This document shows, piece by piece, positions 58,701 through 64,000 of a DNA stretch of 64,000 nucleotides. A program made the translations under genes and the position numbers. This DNA comes from Eledone cirrhosa (taxonomy: Eukaryota), in assembly GCA_964016885.1 (NCBI GenBank), contig OZ024740.1:19654001-19718000 (forward strand), given 5' to 3'. The notes under the pieces are model-generated. The model was not told the origin of the DNA and searched no databases. It saw only the letters and a program-made list of their open reading frames with translations. The stretch's first letter is position 1. Every line of letters starts with the position of its first letter.

Positions 58701-60195
58701 CAACTGATGCAGTGTCCCGAAAGCTAACAACTGATGCAGTGTCTCGACAGCTAACAACTGCTGCAGTGTCCCGACATCTAACAACTGATGCATTGTCCCG
58801 ACAGCTAACAACTGGTGCAGTGTCCTCTCGACAGCTAACAACTGATGCAGTGTCTCGACATCTAACAACTGATGCAGTGTCCCGACAGCTAACAACTGAT
58901 ACAGTGTCCCGACAGCTAACAACTGATGCAGAGTCCTCTCGACAGCTAACAACTGATGCAGTGTCCTCTCGACAGCTAACAATTGATGCAGTGTCTCGAC
59001 AGCTAACAACTGATGCAGTGTCTCGACAGCTAACAATAGATGCAGTGTCCTTCCGACAGCTAACAACTGATGCAGTGTCCTCTCGACAGCTAACAACCGA
59101 TGCAGTGTCCTCTCGACAGCTAACAACTGATGCAGTGTCCCGACAGCTAACAACTGATGCAGTGTCCTCTCGACAGATAACAACTGATGCAGTGTCTCGA
59201 CAGCTAACAACTGATGCAGTGTCCCGACAGCTAACAACTGATGCAGTGTCTCGACAGCTAAGAAATGATGCAGTGATTCGACAGCTAACAACTGATGGAG
59301 TGTCTCGACAGCTAACAACTGATGCAGTGTCTCGACAGCTAACAACTGATGCAGTGTCCTTCCGACAGCTAACAACTGATGCAGTGTCCTCTCGACAGGT
59401 AACAACTGATGCAGTGATTCGACATCTAACAAGTGATGCAGTGTCCTCTCGACAGCTAACAACTGATGCAGTGTCCCGACAGCTAACAACTGATGCAGTG
59501 TCTCGACAGCTAAGAAATGATGCAGTGATTCGACAGCTAACAACTGATGGAGTGTCTCGACAGCTAACAACTGATGCAGTGTCTCGACAGCTAACAACTG
59601 ATGCAGTGTCCTTCCGACAGCTAACAACTGATGCAGTGTCCTCTCGACAGGTAACAACTGATGCAGTGATTCGACATCTAACAACTGATACAGTGTCCTC
59701 TCGACAGCTAACAACTGATGCAGTGTCCTTGCTACAGCTAACAACTGATGCAGTGTCCCGACAGCTAAAAACTGATGCAGTGCCTCGACAGCTAACATCT
59801 GATGCAGTGTCCTCTCGACAGCTAACAAAATATGCAGTTTCCTCTCGACAGCTAACAACTGATGCAGTGTCCTCCCGACAGATAACAACTGATGCAGTGT
59901 CCTCTCGACAGCTAACAACTGATGCAGTGTCCTCCCGACAGATAACAACTGATGCAGTGTCCTCTCGACAGCTAACAACTGATGCAGTGTTCCGACAGCT
60001 AACAACTGATGCAGTGTCCCCTCGACAGCTAACAACTGATGCAGTGTCCTCTCGACAGCTAACAACTGATGCAGTGCTCAGACAGCTAACAACTGATGCA
60101 GTGTCCTCGCGACAGCTAACAACTGATGCAGTGTCCCGACAGCTAAAGACTGATGCAGTGTCTCGACAGCTAACAACTGATGCAGTGTCCTCTCG
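49748..60195 (+). repeat. Higher-order tandem duplication, period 5,223 bp (2 copies)
   Basis: ORF pairs 50126/55349, 51341/56564, 52271/57494, 52673/57896 and 53247/58470. Markers ACC at 49760/54983 and AAG at 54923/60146. Confidence 0.93.
53985..54460 (+). repeat. Local 252-bp (9-monomer) duplication; also present at ~59210-59680
   Basis: AGAAAT marker at 54038 and 54290, each followed by the same ATT, GGA, TTC, GTA, ATT-CAT series. Confidence 0.8.
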
Positions 60196-63100
60196 ACAGC
60201 TAACAAAATATGCAGTTTCCTCTCGACAGCTAACACCTGATGCAGTGTCCTTTCGACAGCTAACAACTGATGCAGTGTCCTCCCGACAGATAACAACTGA
60301 TGCAGTGTCCTCTCGACAGCTAACAACTGATGCAGTGTTCCGACAGCTAACAACTGATGCAGTGTCCCCTCGACAGCTAACAACTGATGCAGTGTCCCAA
60401 CAGCTAATAACTGATGCAGTGTCCCGACAGCTAACAACTGATGCAGTGTCTCGACAGCTAACAACTGTTGCAGTGTCCCGAAAGCTAACAACTGATGCAG
60501 TGTCTCGACAGCTAACAACTGATGCAGTGTCCCGAAAGCTAACAACTGATGCAGTGTCTCGACAGCTAACAACTGATGCAGTGTCCCGAAAGCTAACAAC
60601 TGATGCAGTGTCTAGACAGCTAACAACTGCTGCAGTGTCCCGACATCTAACAACTGATGCAGTGTCCCGACAGCTAACAACTGATGCAGTGTCCTCTCGA
60701 CAGCTAACAACTGATGCAGTGTCCCAACAGCTAACAACTGATGCAGTGTTCCGAAAGCTAACAACTGATGCAGTGTCCCGAAAGCTAACAACTGATGCAG
60801 TGTCTAGACAGCTAACAACTGATGCTGTGTCTCGACAGCTAACAACTGATGCAGTGTCCTCTCGACAGCTAACAACTGATTCAGTGTCCTCTCGACAGCT
60901 AACAACTGATGCAGTGTCCCGACAGCTAACAATTGATGCAGTGTCCTCTCGACAGCTAACAACTGATGCAGTGTCCCGACTGCTAACAACTGATGCAGTG
61001 CCTCGACAGCTAACAACTGCTGCAGTGTCCCAACAGCTAACAACTGATGCAGTGTCTCGAAATCTAACAACTGATGCAGTGTCCCGACAGCTAACAACTG
61101 ATGCAGTGTCCTGACAGCTGACAACTGACGCAGTGTCCAGACAGCTAACAACTGATGCAGTGCCTCGCCATCTAACAACTGATGCAGTGTCCCAACAGCT
61201 AACAACTGATGCAGTGTCCCAACAGCTAACAACTGATGCAGTGTCCTCTCGACAGCTAACAACTGATGCAGTGTCCCGACAGCTAACAACTGATGCAGTG
61301 TCCTCTTGACAGCTAACAACTGATGCAGTGTCCTCTCGACAGCTAACAACTGATGCAGTGTCCCGACAGCTAACAACTGATGCAGTGTCCTCTTGACAGC
61401 TAACAACTGATGCAGTGTCCTCTCGACAGCTAACAACTGATGCAGTGTCCCGATAGCTAACAACTGATGCAGTGCTCAGACAGCTAACAACTGATGCAGT
61501 GTCTCGACAGCTAACAACTGATGCAGTGTCCTCTCGACAGCTAACAACTGATGTAGTGTCCTCTCGACAGCTAACAACTGATGAAGTGTCCTCTCGACAG
61601 CTAACAACTGATGCAATGTCCTCTATACAGCTAACAACTTATGCAGTGTCCTCTCGACAGCTAACAACTGATGTAGTGTCCTCTCGACAGCTAACAACTG
61701 ATGAAGTGTCCTCTCGACAGCTAACAACTGATGCAATGTCCTCTATACAGCTAACAACTTATGCAGTGTCCTCTCGACAGCTAACAACTGATGAAGTGTC
61801 CTCTCGGCAGCTAACAACTGATGCAATGTCCTCTATACAGCTAACAACTTATGCAGTGTCCTCTCGACAGCTAACAACTTATGCAGTGTCCTCTCGACAG
61901 ATAACAACTGATGCAGTGTCCTCTCGACAGCTAACAACTGATGCAGTGTCCTCTCGACAGCTAACAACTGATGCAGTGTCCCGACAGCTAACAACTGATG
62001 CAGTGTCCTCTCGACAGCTAACAACTGATGCAGTGTCCCGACAGCTAATAACTGATGCAGTGTCCCGACAGCTAACAACTGATGCAGTGTCCCGACAGCT
62101 AACAACTGATGCAGTGTCTCGACAGCTAACAACTGATGCAGTGTCTCGACAGCCAACAACTGATGCAGTGTCCTTCCGACAGCTAACAACTGATGCAGTG
62201 TCCTCTCGACAGCTAACAACTGATGCAGTGATTCGACAGCTAACAACTGATGCAGTGTCCTCTCGACAGCTAACAACTGATGCAGTGATTCGACATCTAA
62301 CAACTGATACAGTGTCCTCTCGACAGCTAACAACTGATGCAGTGTCCCGACAGCTAACAACTGATGCAGTGTCCTCTCGACAGCTAACAACTTATGCAGT
62401 GTCCTCTCGACAGCTAACAACTGATGCAGTGTCCTCTCGACAGCTAACAACTGATGCAGTGTCCTCTCGACAGCTAACAACTGATGCAGTGTCCTCTCGA
62501 CAGCTAACAACTGAAGCAGTGTCCTCTCGACAGCTAACAACTGATGCAGTGTCCCGACAGCTAACAACTGATGCAGTGTCCTCTCGACAGCTAAACACTG
62601 ATGCAGTGTCCCGACAGCTAACAACTGATGCAGTGTCTCGACAGCTAACAACTGATGCAGTGTCCTCTCGACAGCTAACAACTAATGCAGTGTCCCGACA
62701 GCTAACAACTGATGCAGTGTCCTCTCGACAGCTAACAACTGATGCAGTGTCCTGACAGCTGACAACTGATGCAGTGTCTCGACAGCTAACAACTGATGCA
62801 GTGTCCTCTCGACAGCTAACAACAGATGCAGTGTCCCGACAGTTAACAACGGATGCAGTGGCCTCTCGACAGCTAACAACTGATGCAGTGTCCTCTCGAC
62901 AGCTAACAACTGATGCAGTGTCTCGACAGCTAACAACTGATGCAGTGTCTCGACAGCTAACAACTGATGCAGTGTCTCGACAGCTAACAACTGATGCAGT
63001 GTCCTCTCGACAGCTAACAACTGATGCAGTGTCCTCTCGACAGCTAACAACTGATGCAGTGCCCGCTCGAACTCTAACAACTGATGCAGTGTCCCAACAG

Positions 63101-64000
63101 CTAACAACTGATGCAGTGTCTCGACAGCTAACAACTGATGCAGTGTCTCGACAGCTAACAACTGATGCAGTGTCCTCTCGACAGCTAACAACTGATGCAG
63201 TGTCTCGATAGCTAACAGCTGATGCAGTGTCCTGACAGCTGACAACTGATGCAGTGTCTCGACAGCTAACAACTGATGCAGTGTCCTCTCGACAGCTAAC
63301 AACTGATGCAGTGTCTCGACAGCTAACAACTGATGCAGTGTCTCGACAGCTAACAACTGATGCAGTGTCCCGACAGCTAACAACTGATGCAGTGTCCTCT
63401 CCACAGCTAACAACTGATGCAGTGTCCCGACAGCTGACAACTGATGCAGTGTCCTCTCGACAGCTAACAACTGATGCAGTGTCCTCTCGACAGCTAACAA
63501 TTGATGCAGTGTCTCAAGAGCTAACAACTGATGCATTGTCCCGACAGCTAACAACTGATGCAGTGTCCTCTCGACAGCTAACAACTGATGCAGTGTCTCG
63601 ACAGCTAACAACTGATGCAGTGTCCTGACAGCTGACAACTGATGCAGTGCCCTCTCGACAGCTAACAACTGATGCAGTATCCTCTCGACAGCTAACAACT
63701 GATGCAGTGTCCCAACAGCTAACAACTGATGCAGTGTCTCGACAGCTAACAACTGATGCAGTGTCCTCTCGACAGCTAACAACTGATGCAGTGTCCTCTC
63801 GACAGCTAACAACTGATGCAGTGTCTCGACAGCTAACAACTGATGCAGTGTCTCGACAGCTAACAACTGATGCAGTGTCTCGACAGCTAACAACTGTTGC
63901 AGTGTCCTCTCGACAGTTAACAACTGATGCAGTGTCCTCACGACAGCTAAACACTGATGCAGTGTCCCGACAGATAACAACTGATGCAGTGTCCCGACAG

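Larger units (their letters stand above)
1..64000 (+). repeat. Continuous tandem minisatellite/satellite array of 27-bp and 30-bp monomers (consensus CGACAGCTAACAACTGATGCAGTG-TCY or -TCCTCT); runs off both window ends
   Basis: The monomer is visible on every line from 1 to 64000 with no inversion or unique insert. 64000/~28.4 gives about 2,250 units. All ORFs are the same 9/10-aa repeat. Confidence 0.99.

Noticed and set aside
16-63628. + strand ORFs up to 1072 aa of (RQLTTDAVS[S])n as mucin-, adhesin- or antifreeze-like genes
   Set aside because: ORFs begin at in-repeat GTG/ATG codons just after a variant stop, have no unique N- or C-terminal domain or signal peptide, and carry mostly non-synonymous variants and amplified stops. 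Openness follows from a stop-free monomer with length divisible by 3.
644-63980. - strand ORFs (LHQLLAVERT)n and (SVVSCREDTA)n as leucine-rich or Cys-rich proteins
   Set aside because: They are antisense translations of the same monomer and overlap each other and the + ORFs. Their ends are set by random point variants.
1-64000. CRISPR array (27-30 bp repeat with weak dyad symmetry)
   Set aside because: Repeats abut directly. The variable part is 2-5 bp and recurrent rather than unique 25-45 bp spacers. There is no leader or cas gene.
26095-64000. One giant ORF under TGA-recoding or readthrough
   Set aside because: In-frame TAG stops remain (30860, 38762, 40598, 45182, 52655, 57878, 61454, 63209), and the TGAs are simple C>T changes of CGA.
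1-64000. Telomerase- or reverse-transcriptase-synthesised repeat tract
   Set aside because: There is no G-rich strand bias, and variant order is copied across multi-kb blocks. That indicates DNA-level duplication rather than repeated copying of one short template.
1-64000. Regulatory motifs in the consensus (TGTCTC/TGTCCC auxin-response-like, CAACTG MYB-like)
   Set aside because: Six-base matches are expected by chance, the host is unknown, and there is no gene context.
1-64000. Pure sequencing or amplification artefact (concatemer)
   Set aside because: Dozens of complex variants recur in conserved order with almost no random indels, which fits a real evolved array. The copy number of the largest blocks still needs read validation.

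Overview
The whole 64 kb window is one uninterrupted head-to-tail minisatellite/satellite array of roughly 2,200-2,300 monomers, about 50% GC and in a single orientation. I see no unique sequence, gene, RNA gene or mobile element. The monomer is CGACAGCTAACAACTGATGCAGTG followed by TCC or TCT (27 bp) or TCCTCT (30 bp), with many recurrent variants. Every ORF in the track is a translation of this monomer (RQLTTDAVS[S] on +; SVVSCR[E]DTA and LHQLLAVE[R]T on -), so none is called as a gene. The real structure is higher-order. Variant monomers act as barcodes and reveal nested duplications: offsets of 54, 120, 252, ~540-560, 873, 1836, 3682, 5223, 5704 and 6420 bp, plus an apparent 12,682-bp super-unit on the left. 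Two interleaved variant families are present. Length variation is almost confined to one junction, which is the loop of a TGTC/GACA dyad, and it nearly always preserves triplet phase. The most likely identity is eukaryotic satellite DNA (inference). I found no convincing evidence for a new gene system. Block boundaries were read by eye and are approximate to about one or two monomers.
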